This document shows positions 51,460 through 62,792 of a stretch of DNA of 64,000 nt, one piece after another. The notes beneath the pieces are model-generated. The model made no database searches. It saw nothing but the letters and a program-made list of their open reading frames with translations, and was not told the origin of the DNA. The stretch is from Podarcis cretensis (lineage: Eukaryota), in contig OX638149.1 in NCBI GenBank assembly GCA_951804945.1, positions 102,486,001-102,550,000 on the forward strand, written 5' to 3'. Position numbers and translations under genes: made by a program. Position 1 is the first letter of the stretch; each line of letters opens with the position of its first letter.

Positions 51460-51760
51460 NNNNNNNNNNNNNNNNNNNNNNNNNNNNNNNNNNNNNNNNN
51501 NNNNNNNNNNNNNNNNNNNNNNNNNNNNNNNNNNNNNNNNNNNNNNNNNNNNNNNNNNNNNNNNNNNNNNNNNNNNNNNNNNNNNNNNNNNNNNNNNNNN
51601 NNNNNNNNNNNNNNNNNNNNNNNNNNNNNNNNNNNNNNNNNNNNNNNNNNNNNNNNNNNNNNNNNNNNNNNNNNNNNNNNNNNNNNNNNNNNNNNNNNNN
51701 NNNNNNNNNNNNNNNNNNNNNNNNNNNNNNNNNNNNNNNNNNNNNNNNNNNNNNNNNNNN
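51460..51760. other. Assembly gap (N run)
   Basis: 301 Ns. Confidence 1.
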
Positions 51761-52544
51761 ATGAGAAATTCACTTTCCAACAAAAGGCTTTCTGTGTGAA
51801 ATTGCCGTGGCTAACAAATCAGTAATACTAACTTCATATAAAAATAGCTCACCATGTAATCTTAAATGTGCTTAACCTTACTTAAAGAACCAAGAGAAGC
51901 GAACTTAGCAGCTCTCTGACTAGAGGGCGATTGTACAGAAAGTCTATGTTGGCAGGGTCTTTAAATAATGAAGAAATGTTTAGTTTAACTCTTGAATTAG
52001 CCTGCTGAGTCAGTATTTTCTTTGTGGCATCAAACATGGCGCAATGGTGCACTTTGGTACAGCAAGGGATTAACTACTACCCACTTTTCTTTAAGTAACT
52101 CCAGGGGGATACATTTGTTTTTCAGTGTGTGTCAATTGGTTCTGTTTACAGGTACAGAATGAATAAGACCACAAAAGAGACAAAGTACTTCTAAAATGTT
52201 ATCACCCTACAACATAAAGGGACTACCTTCATGTTGCATACCCCTTTATGTCACCTTGATCTTACATACGCTGTGAACTGTCACTTTCAAAGGGGGCGAA
52301 CTGCAAATTGTGGTGTTGAAGTACAACCGCAGAAACTGACAGGAAAATAATTCCATCATGCGTCATTGGAAGAGTGTTGACTTCATGCTTTCTCTCTTTT
52401 ACCTCCCAGGAAAACACAAACATATACGCCTCTATTTCTGAAAATAGATTATTACTTGAGTTATTGTAAAATGGAGGGCCTGAGCTGAAGTTCAGAATCA
52501 GTGGATAGCCTTTCTGCAATGGGACTACCGTATGTATAGACCAG

Positions 52545-52881
52545 TAAAGGTAAAGGTACCTCTGACTGTTAGGTCCAGTCGTGGCCGACTCTGGGGTTGT
52601 GGCACTCATCTTGCTTTACAGGCCGAGGGAGCCAGAGTTTGTCTGCAGACAGTTTTTCCGGGTCATGTGGCCAGCTGACTAAGCCGCTCCTGGCGAACCA
52701 GAGCAGCGCACAGAAACGCCGTTTAGCTTCCCGCCGGAGCGGTACCTATCTATCTACTTGCACTTTGATGTGCTTTCGAACTGCTAGGTTGTCAGGAGCA
52801 GGGACCAAACAATGGGAGCTCACCATGTCGTGGGGGTTTGAACCACCGACCTTTCGATCGGCAAGCCCTAGGCTCAGTGGT
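52545..52881 (-). mobile_element. Sauria SINE (head slightly truncated)
   Basis: AAAGGT tail, conserved body, B-box region. Confidence 0.92.
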
Positions 52882-53208
52882 AATAGAGTCCTGAACTGAT
52901 AGACTGAGTTTTACTACTGCAGGAAGCATCCGGAGGGGAAAATGTTGTTGTGCTCAGATCTTGCTTGTGGTTTTACAACAGGCATATGGTTGACCACTGT
53001 GATAACAGGTTACTGGACTACATGGACCACTGGTATGATCCTGTAGGTTCTTACTATGTTTTATGTTTTTACAGGAAGGAAAATGAGTTTTTGAATATTT
53101 TCATATCTGGATTTGATACGTATCTGATTTAAGCCAGAAGTTCCTAAAAGCAAGGGCACTTTGCAGAAATAAAAGGGCAAGAGTGCTTATGTAATAGTTA
53201 TTGGCATC

Positions 53209-53298
53209 TAAGGTTGCAATCCTAACTCTATTTACCTGGGAGTAAGCCCCATTGACTTAGTGGACTTCTGAGTAGACACCGTTAGGATTGCAATGTTA
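53209..53298. mobile_element. Short palindromic MITE (PIF/Harbinger, Chompy-like); representative of several copies
   Basis: Perfect 13-bp inverted repeat TTGCAATCCTAAC / GTTAGGATTGCAA between TAA and TTA; related copies near 15190, 16746, 48470, 56760, 58850 and 60040. Confidence 0.7.
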
Positions 53299-56177
53299 GT
53301 CAGTGGAAGAATTCACCTAGTGTGCCCTCTTATTTCTGCATGAGAATTTATATCACAAACTTTCAGGCCTACTTTCAGTCCCATTCAGTTCTAATTCCTA
53401 CTCAGTTTGCAGGTACTAAACACCTGAAAGTATCAATGGGAATGCAAGAAACAGCCGGACTTTCTTGTTTCTGCACAGGCTGATCATACCCTCCACCCTA
53501 TGTGTGATTGACAACAACCTGAAGGGGGCATCTTCGTTGTACACAGGGTTTTGTCCTCTGGGATGGAAATTCAAGGTCAATCATAGGACAACTGAACACC
53601 CAGACAGGGGTAGTTTTAAGTGGGAAGCAGCTAAAAGGCTGAGATTGTTTTACATTGCCCACATTCTGACCAAACCTGGGATACTGGGCCTAATTTTATC
53701 TCAAATGTATTTAAGAGTCATTCATTAAATTCAAAATAGTAATCAGGGTAATTAATCTGATACTGGTGTCCTTGGTTGCAAATGACTTTGTTTCCTTACA
53801 TTTATTTTATACCTACATTACTATATTTTCCTATGGAGTTACTTTAGTTTAACAAATTTAACCTGCTTGTTCAATTTGCCTCCTTGCTAGTTTGCTTTAT
53901 AAAATTTTTTTTTCAGCAATCTTGCTGGGGATTCTTGCAGAACATTTTAGACAGCCTCTTTTGGCATGGGTGCCCATATATATTCTATTTTTGTAGTGTT
54001 CATCTAGCATCATATATTTGTGCCATTTACTTTGCTTCTTCCGAAATAAAAAAAATAAAATAAAGTGTTAGAAACCCCAAACTTTACTTTGAAAGCATTG
54101 TAATAAAAATATGACAGTTGGCAAAAGTTTGGATGCAAACCTTTTATTTCTCAATTTTTTTAAAGATCACAATACTGTAAAATGTATCAAAGGCGGGAGA
54201 AGCTAACCAAAGAGAATACAACATTAACTTAGTTGTAGCTGGAAGTGTGGAAATGCCCTTTAATCTTTATAATTATGGGAGAGATTATTATGGAAATGTG
54301 GTCCATGCTGCTTAGAACCATGTTGTTGTTAAATGAAGAAGAAAAGTATACTTGGGTCCAAAGAGGCTTGGATGGAACTATGTTCACCCAGTGAGCCTTT
54401 CCCACTCCTTCTTCACTGCAACTCCCAGTGTCTCCCAAAACTGTTTATAACGGTTGGGAAACTCTCTGGAATGGCATGGAATAGGGTGTGGGAGGAGGAC
54501 AGAAGAAAAGAGAAGAAAAGAGAAGGCACTTCAATAAGATCAGCAATGCCTTCTACTTGGGAAGAGCAAGTATTTGGACTTGTCATTGTGCATTGCAGCC
54601 TTAGGGCAATTACAGGTTGCTCGCCTTTGTATGTTTTAAAATTGTTGCTTGTTTCAAAAAAGAGTTCCAGCCAAAGAGAATTATGTTCCCCTGCATTTAA
54701 TGGGGCTCTTTCCCAGATGCATATGTATATGATTGCAACCCATTAGTGATTTAGTGGTGAGCTATATTAAACTGTGGCCCGCAAAGTTCTCTTAAGTTAG
54801 AGAAGAACTTGCTGAAGAAGCATATGGAATTGTAAAATGTTATTTTCTGATGTATAAGCCTGACACCTGGAGGAGTCTAGAGTACTGCCTACAAACCCCA
54901 GCAGGGCAGATTGAATCTTATATTGCAGGATCCACAGACAATGACTCCAGCCTCCAGATGGTAGATTCTGCTTATTGGCTAAGCCTCTCTATCTGTCTGG
55001 TCATCAGTTGGCACAGACAACAGTATGCCAATTATATCACCTCGGAAACATATAGCAGTCTATTAATCATGTATACTTTGAAATGTACATTAACTCATAA
55101 TTTCTGAAACTGGGCAATATCTTTGTCAATGGCATTATACATCCATAAATATCTTCCAATGAGAAGGAAAGTTTTTTTTAATGGCCTGCTTATTATGTGG
55201 ATGGAAACAGTAAGAGACAGTTGGTGTAGAAAATTAATGAACTAGAGTTTCATGGCTGGGTTTCACTCCAACCTACCTTATGTTACCAGTTAAATGAGTT
55301 TGGGCACCTCACCGTCAGTCCTTAGGAGGTTTTTATGCATTTTACCAAATGTACAACAGAGCATATTATAGTTAAAGCACTAGTTCCCCCCCATACACAT
55401 TTATAATTTGGGTTTTCATTACAAGAGACATTGCTTTAAAAAGGATTTCAAAGTAATACCACAAGTTCATACCGCCCAAGAACATACATGCACAAATATT
55501 ATTACTTGTATATCAAGTGAGAATGATAAAATGTTCACCATTTCTCTTACAAAAACCCATTCTTAGTTGCTCCTGTTTGTGTTGCTGTCAGCATAAACCT
55601 TTATAGATAACATTATCAAATATAGGAAGTTATAGTCTTCCGAATATTTCAAATGTTCCTGAGGACATTCATATAAATGTATGATTTATGTATATACATA
55701 AATGTCTAGCTGCTAACTGAAGTGACTTGCAAGAGGTATATTTTTTACATCTTACCTGTATTTTGTCTACTGTGGAGCACAAGGAAGTATCCTTTTATTT
55801 GCAGAAAAGGTTAGTTTGCTTGGGCTTCATAAAAGTTCCCACCTGTATTCAAACCCCCCTAACAAATTGTACTTTGCTGTCTCCAACTGTTGGCTGCGAC
55901 ACCTTCTGATTTATTTATTTGTTTATAACCTGGAATTGATATTTTTGGTGGCTTTTGCTTTTGGTTGTCAGCTTAACCTGTGAGTCACATTGAGAGCCTG
56001 CAATGTGGTAATGTGTCATACAGGGCGCTAACAAGGTGTTGTATTTAGAATACAGGACGAGGACCAGGACATAAAGTTTCAAATCCCCAATCAACCATGA
56101 TTCCACCGGGGCACCTTGTACCAGTTGCTGTGTATTTTAGCCTAATCTAGCTCACAAGGTTGTTGTGAGAGTAAGGA

Positions 56178-56557
56178 GGGACGTGGGTGGCACTGTGGTC
56201 TAAGCCACTGAGCCCCTTGGGCTTACTGATTGGAAGGTCGGTGGTTTGAATTCGCATGACAGGGTGCGCTCCTGTTGCTCTGTTCCAGCTTCTGCCAACC
56301 TAGCAGTTTGAAAGCACGCCAGTGCAAGTGGGTAATGGGGTACCGCTGTGGTGGGAAGGTAAACGGTGTTTCCATGCGCTCAGGTTTCCGTCATGGTGTT
56401 CCGTTGCACCAGAAGTGGTTTAGTCATGCTGGCCACATGACCCAGAAAGCTGTCTTTGTACAAACACCGGTTCCCTCGGCCTGAAGTGAGATGAGCGCTG
56501 CACCCCTAGTCGCCTTTGACTGGATTTAACTGTCTAGGGGTCCTTTACCTTACCTTT
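56178..56557 (+). mobile_element. Sauria SINE inserted into an older CORE/MIR-like SINE (~56040-56645)
   Basis: Head GGGACGTGGGTGGCACTGTGG, ACCTT(T) tail, TSD TTGTGAGAGTAA (56163-56174 / 56556-56567) lying in the CORE motif ctcacaaggttgttgtgag. Confidence 0.9.
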
Positions 56558-58070
56558 GTGAGAGTAAAATATCAGGGTAGAGAATCCTGTGCATAGCGCT
56601 GATTGCTGAGTTTTAAAATATATGGGATGAATGGTAGATAAATACATATATTAAACAGCCCATTTTGCTGTACATTACATGGCCAGAGAAACATTCATAG
56701 CATTCAACACATAGGAAATGACATTTTCAGCAATGAAATGACATGGCAAAAAAGGCAGAAGTTGTATACATGCTTATCTTGATGTAAGTGCTGTTGAACT
56801 CTATGGCACTTACTTCTGAGTTGATGTGTATAGGATTGTGTTGTTAGAACGAAAGGAATTTATTACAACTGAGAACTAAAATACTCCATTATAAGTTTTT
56901 TTATTTACTAAAAATAGTACATCAAGATATAAGGGAGACAATATGCAGAAATATAAAAATCACTATACACCTTCACATCTCTTTAGTTTGCATAGATAAA
57001 TGTTCACACACACATATACGCATGTGTATGAATATATCTATAATCAGTGAAATGTTCCTTGATTTTCCACTTAAAATATCTGCCAGTGCATTGTATATAC
57101 ATGAGTTGTTAAACCATTTAGGGCTCCACCAAAGTAGCAGGGCATTAGATTTTCACCCATCCATCTGAAAACAATTAGGAGAAAATGCCACTTATCTTAA
57201 ATATTATTTGTCAGATTTTCTTCATCCAACTAGGTAAATACAGATTTGCTGACATTTTGATGTACTATCATCAATCCATGGCAAACCTAAGTGACTGGGC
57301 TTTGGCCCGTGAATAGCTTTTGTTTCTCTGTGACATTAAAATGTTTTAAAACATATGATAATAATGAATATTCAGAATTAGTCATTCTTCACTGTGTGCA
57401 CAGTAGGTCATATGTCATAAGATCATGAGAATATTTATGGTACAATCAAGAGGTTTATAACTGCCTTGCAATAGAATTTTGCACACAGTATCTGCTGTGT
57501 ATGTGCTTGAAAGCAAATTTGCTATTTCATCCAGAACAATTATTTTTAGACAGTATAATAGACAAATACTTTCAAAGCAGCATATTTCAACTTTTTAGCA
57601 ATATCCTCAACACCTGTCTTTAAACGATGGTTCCACTACATGTCTCCAATTAATCTGAAGCACTCAACAAAAGCACACATGGATTACAATGTAACTGTAG
57701 GATTACATAAATTACAAAGCAAAAATTGAATGCTTTGCAATGGGTATTGATTATTCCTCTAATTACTCATTTCCTTTCTGTTTTCTTTGAAGCGTCATTG
57801 GTTTCATATCATACAGCATTACACAGCCAATGTAGACAGCCTGGGACAAACTTTTTTTACGTCCTAAATTGAAAATATGATCTTATATTGACTCTGTACT
57901 TTGTGACAGGTAGTTTTATTTTTCAAATTTATTTCCCTATCCTGAAAAAAGAATTAGCCAGCAGAAATCAGAGAAATCTTTGTGCAACAGATGTGATTTC
58001 TTCCTTACACCACAAGTTAGTCTGCACATCTTAATTCAGCCAAAATTTAATTTTATTAAACCTTTTGGAA

Positions 58071-58222
58071 TAGAATCATAGAATTGTAGAGTTGGAAGGG
58101 ACCATGAGGATCATCTAGTCCAACTCCCTGCAATGCAGGAATATGCAGCTGTCCCATATGGGGATCAAACCTGCTACCTTGGTGTTATCAGCACAATGCT
58201 CTAACCAACTGAGCCATCTGGG
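58071..58222 (-). mobile_element. tRNA-derived SINE with CR1-type tail
   Basis: tagaatcatagaattgtagagttggaaggg CR1 tail joined to a tRNA-like head (reverse complement gatggctcagttggttagagc...ggtttgatccc). Confidence 0.8.
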
Positions 58223-58372
58223 CTGACATCCTTATCCTTCTGGTAAGGCTAAGGGGACCTTCAACTGGGAACAACATTGCTTGGATTTCCCTGTCCTGAG
58301 AATTGTGATGGGAAATGGATAATTTGCTGCTGTATTAATGATGGCTCTTCTTTTTTTCCTCCATTCATGGTG

Positions 58373-58477
58373 CTCAGTGGCCCCAATGCTTTGTTCTATC
58401 TTGTCTAAGAAATAGAAGCACTCAGTGGACCCAATGCTTTATTCTATCTTGTCTAAGAAATAGAAATAGAAATAGAA
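58373..58477. repeat. 48-bp tandem duplication plus (AATAGA)n
   Basis: CTCAGTGG(C/A)CCCAATGCTTT(G/A)TTCTATCTTGTCTAAGAAATAGAA at 58373 and 58421. Confidence 0.92.
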
Positions 58478-59511
58478 AAGGTAGTCATATTATTCACATC
58501 TACATTAGAAGATCTTGCTCCAGTTTTTGAGGGCTTTGAATATCAAAGGGTATTTGAAGTGTTCTCTCCTCTCTCCCCCATCTCTGTCATTGTCTCCTGT
58601 AGAATCAACTGCAGTACAACCACAAGTATCTGATTCACCCATAGGATAGCCAAAACACTGATATAATCATAACTTCCAATAAAAATGGTGCTTCCTGAAA
58701 AAAATAAAAAACCTCACACTGGTACGTAGTGGCAGATAGAAGGGAGATAAGTAGGGATTTTATACAACAGCTGCTTGGCTGCCTTTTCCCCCTTTCTCTA
58801 GTTTTATGAACATAAGTAATACCTCTTTTACTTGCAGATTAGTTGCAATTAAGGCTCAAACTCTATGGCACGTTATTTGGGAGTAAATCTCACTTAGCTC
58901 AGTGGAAGTTTCTTCTGATTAGTGTTGTTATAAATTATGCCTTGGATCCATCCTATTAGGTTTCTGGAAATGGAAGTGCTCTTCTCATTTGCAAATGGAA
59001 CTGGGATCCAATGAAGGATCCAGTCACTGGAAGGGGAGAAGCTATGCTATCTAATTCCCCTTTCAACCTACACCCCCCCTTCACCACTTTTCATGCTGCT
59101 ATGGAGGATTATTCAATTCTCTGGGGAGATTTTTTAGGAGCCACAATGGTCTGAAAAGGAAATGGTGAATCAGAAAGAGTCCCCTCCTCTCCTTCAACTG
59201 GCAGGAGCATCACACGAGCAAAACTCAGCTCTAAGTGTTCCTGCTTCCAATGAACTTATCTTTTTCTCAATGAAAACAAACAAACTTCTTTTAGAGGGAT
59301 CAGAACAACATTAACGTTTAGTTGCACGAATTATAGACACCAAATGTTGAAATGTGTTTTATTCTCGTAGTGAACACTTTAGTATCTAAGGGTTCTTTTA
59401 CACAAAATTGCAAAAATCGAATAGGTAGGCATCTGGCAAGTATGGAAGGCAAATGCATTGCTAGTAAACACATTATTATAATGGTGTGCTCTATTTGAAA
59501 AGTGCATAGAG

Positions 59512-59833
59512 CAGAGGTCAGCAAACCTTTTCAGCAGGGAGCCGGTCCACTGTCCCTTAGACCTTGTGGGGGGCCAGACTATATTTTTTGGGGGGCGGAT
59601 GAATGAATTCCTATGCTCCACAAATAACCCAGAGATACATTTTAAATAAAAGCACACATTCTACTCATGTAAAAACACCAGGCAGGCCCCACAAATAACC
59701 CAGAGATGCATTTTAAATAAAATGACACATTCTACTCATGTAAAAACACGCTGATTCCCGGACCGTCTGCGGGCCGGATTTAGAAGGCGATTGGGCTAGA
59801 TCCGCCCCCCGGGCCTTAGTTTGCCTACCCATG
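59512..59833. mobile_element. hAT (Charlie-like) non-autonomous element with an internal tandem duplication
   Basis: Perfect 8-bp TSD GCATAGAG (59504-59511 / 59834-59841); TIRs CAGAGGTCAGCAAAC / GTTTGCCTACCCATG; GGGCCGG subterminal motifs. Confidence 0.9.
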
Positions 59834-61310
59834 GCATAGAGCATACATTTGGTTTTCTGGATAAATACCTAGGGTATCAGCCTGCCAAAGTTAAGTCTTT
59901 AATTCCCATTCATTTTAATGGCAGAGTTAAGCATGTGCTTAAAGTTACCCTATTAGAATAAGTGAAACAGCTTTGATGGGACTTAACTGATTCCATAGAC
60001 ATCCTACTGAAAGTACAGGCGTGAACTAGAGAATTGCATTTGGTGCAACTCTAAGCTTGTTTACTTAGAAGTAAGTACTCCTAAATTCAGCGAGACTTAT
60101 TCTTTAGATTGCAGCCTTATATCAGGAAAATGTCATTGTCCTAGCCATAAATCATTCAGTTATAGAAACCTAACATTTATTGCTAAAAGTTCAGTCATGT
60201 GATAACATTTCATAGGCTGTCATCATGCTAGCATGAGAATCAAACATTACCAGCACCTGAACCTTTGTCCAGCTGAATCGCTGCATACTAGACTGAAGGA
60301 GAGGAAGGGCAGAGGAGCAGCAAGGTCAGGGTGGTGCAAACACGCTGTCAGGAGTGCTAAACTGGCTTCACCAGCACATTTGCACCATGCTGACCTTGCC
60401 ATGCCCCTTCTCTCACCATGTGCTGCAGTGACTCAGGCACACGAGGGTCTGGTGAGCAGTGCAGCCCCACCATGCCATCCACCATTGATAACACATAGTG
60501 CAATCTAAAGAGGTGAGCACCTTATAAAAACCCAGCGCATGCCATTTTAGGCACATGCTTTTGCCATTTCAGCCTAACTCTTAGATTGGGGTGTGAGCAG
60601 CTGTGGATATCATGTAGCTGTTATATTACACTGTTTTGCTAGCATTTAGGATAATCATATATTTTTCATAGATCTTTAAAAACAGCAAAAACCATCACCA
60701 AGAACTTTAAGGATCATGGCTTGTTGTAATAAAGGCAATCAGAATCTTTCAACTGCCAGATTGTGGGGATCTGAATATTTCTTATAATGTCAAGGGGGTT
60801 AACATGTTTTTTTTTTCCCTGGAGTCTGACCTCATGTTTGAATTGTGATTCTAATGTTAATCATTGTAGGACACAGTTTCACACCTCATAAATTCAGTCA
60901 GTGCTTAAGTAAACGGAAGATTCACAAATGCTTACATCACCTTGTATTCTCTCTCTTCCTCCTTCCATTCCTCCTCCCTTCTCTTCTTCTTTTCAAAGTT
61001 ATGTCCTTGGTTTTATAAAACTGCCATGCAGAGCAGTCTGCCAGAAAGCTCTAAAAATAATAGCACAGACACTAGCATCAACAAATTGGCTACTTTGCTT
61101 TCAGTGATTCTGATGTTCAAATGCGAAGGTTTCTGGATCCAAATGCTGGAGGCGTTCTTTGAATATGTTAGCCCAGTTTACATGGATAATAAAGAAATGG
61201 AAGATAACAGAGCTTTAGAAACTTTTCAAAATAATAATAATAAAAATCACTATCAACTTTAAATTAAACCAGCTGCAAGCATGTATTTGGGCTCAGCAAA
61301 CATTTGACAT

Positions 61311-61560
61311 TAAGAACATAATTGCCTTTCAGGATCAAGATCTAGTCCAATATTTTATTTCCCAAAGTGACTAGCCAAATGCCTTTGGAAGCTCACAAGC
61401 AGGGCATGAGGATAATGGCCAAGTTGCCAGTCACCAATATTTGGCATTTAGACATGTTTCAACCTCTGTGCATAGAAGTTATGCTCAGAACTATCTCGGC
61501 AAATTGTCAGGCCTGTTTTGCATGAATTTGTCTAAAGCCATTTAAGCTAGTGGCATCATA
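61311..61560 (-). mobile_element. Decayed CR1 3' end
   Basis: taagaacataa terminal repeat, atctagtcca, aagctcacaagcagggcatga, catgaatttgtctaa. Confidence 0.7.
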
Positions 61561-61851
61561 TTCCATTCCAGCCATACGTTGATTAGGTGTTGTGGGTAGG
61601 TGTGGGTGTAGAAGTGTACAAGTCTTTGACTTCAGATATACAGAAATATGAAATAACAGAACACACACACTTTTATATTTTAATCTAGTATCCGGAATAT
61701 GCCAAAATTAATTGCATTTATAAATAGTTTCTGCTTGATGTAATAAAATGTTTAGAAAGTTTAATCTGTCCAATTTTCCATGGTTCTCCCATACTAAATT
61801 CTTATATATCATGAATTCAGAGACTTTTTGACTCTCTTTGCTGTCCCCTGG

Positions 61852-62041
61852 CAGAGGTGGATTTAGGGCAGTGCGACCAGTTCCGCTGTACTAGGTGCCA
61901 AGCCTAGGGAGCACCGCAGGGCATTGCAACTATGGTGCGTAGTGAATTGATCAGAAAAGAAGCTGAGAGGCATGGATGGGTGCCATATTTTGGCCTCGCA
62001 CAGGGTGCCACTGAAATTTGAAAGATCAAAGTCTGCTCCTG
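61852..62041. mobile_element. hAT (Tip100-like) MITE
   Basis: Imperfect TIRs CAGAGGTGGATTT / AAGTCTGCTCCTG; flanking direct repeat CCCCTGG. Confidence 0.65.
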
Positions 62042-62172
62042 CCCCTGGCTGGGCTCAGAGGTGCCTCTTAACATTTTAAGCAATATTTTTTAGAAAAATC
62101 CTGCATTGATATTTCCAGTCATCCTTCCATTGGAAGCCCAAGATCCATTGAAGGAACTTTAGGATGAATAAA

Positions 62173-62494
62173 AAAGGTAATGGGACCCCTGACCGTTAGG
62201 TCCAGTCGTGGACGACTCTGGGGTTGCGGCGCTCATCTCGCTTTACTGGCTGAGGGAGCCAGTGTACAGCTTCCGGGTCATGTGGCCAGCATGACTAAGC
62301 CGCTTCTGGCGAACCAGAGCAGAACACGGAAACACTCCCCGCCAGAGCAGTACCTATTTATCTACTTGCACTTTGAGGTGCTTTCGAACTGCTAGGTTGG
62401 CAGGAACAGGGACTGAGCAATGGGAGCTCACCCCATCACGGGGATTCGAACCGCCGACCTTCTGATCGGCAATCCCTAGGCTCAGTGGTTTAGA
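62173..62494 (-). mobile_element. Sauria SINE (head slightly truncated)
   Basis: Same body as the 3746, 6100 and 52545 copies; B box (reverse complement GGTTCGAATCC). Confidence 0.92.
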
Positions 62495-62618
62495 TACACT
62501 CAGGGAATTGTGGAGTAAAAGAAATTTCCTTTTTCCTAAAAAATGATGACACTCACTTAAAGCCATTCCCAAGCAACTTGCAAACTATTCAACTGATCCA
62601 AATACTACTCAAAAAGTA

Positions 62619-62792
62619 ATACCTAACATACCTAACACTGTTTGACGAACCCTATACCAAATTTGGTAACTGACACCTTGTATTTGAAAGCAAATACTCA
62701 TTTTATACCTAACATACCTAACACTGTTTGACGAACCCTATACCAAATTTGGTAACTGACACCTTGTATTTGAAAGCAAATACTCATTTTAT
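62619..62792. repeat. Perfect 86-bp tandem duplication of unique sequence
   Basis: ACCTAACATACCTAACACTG...AAATACTCATTTTAT identical at 62621 and 62707. Confidence 0.96.

Noticed and set aside
51351-51799. ORFs spanning N runs (also 39816-40289)
   Set aside because: Artefacts of assembly gaps.
53060-53130. Next ARHGAP15 exon (acceptor-like ttttacag followed by ENEFL)
   Set aside because: Only NEFL resembles the expected ITTVSGNEFLLQSD; the rest does not match and it abuts a CR1 remnant.
7170-60436. Apparent excess of AP-1 sites (about 15 by eye versus about 8 expected)
   Set aside because: TG/CA over-representation from CpG decay can explain roughly two-fold; a dinucleotide-preserving shuffle would be needed.
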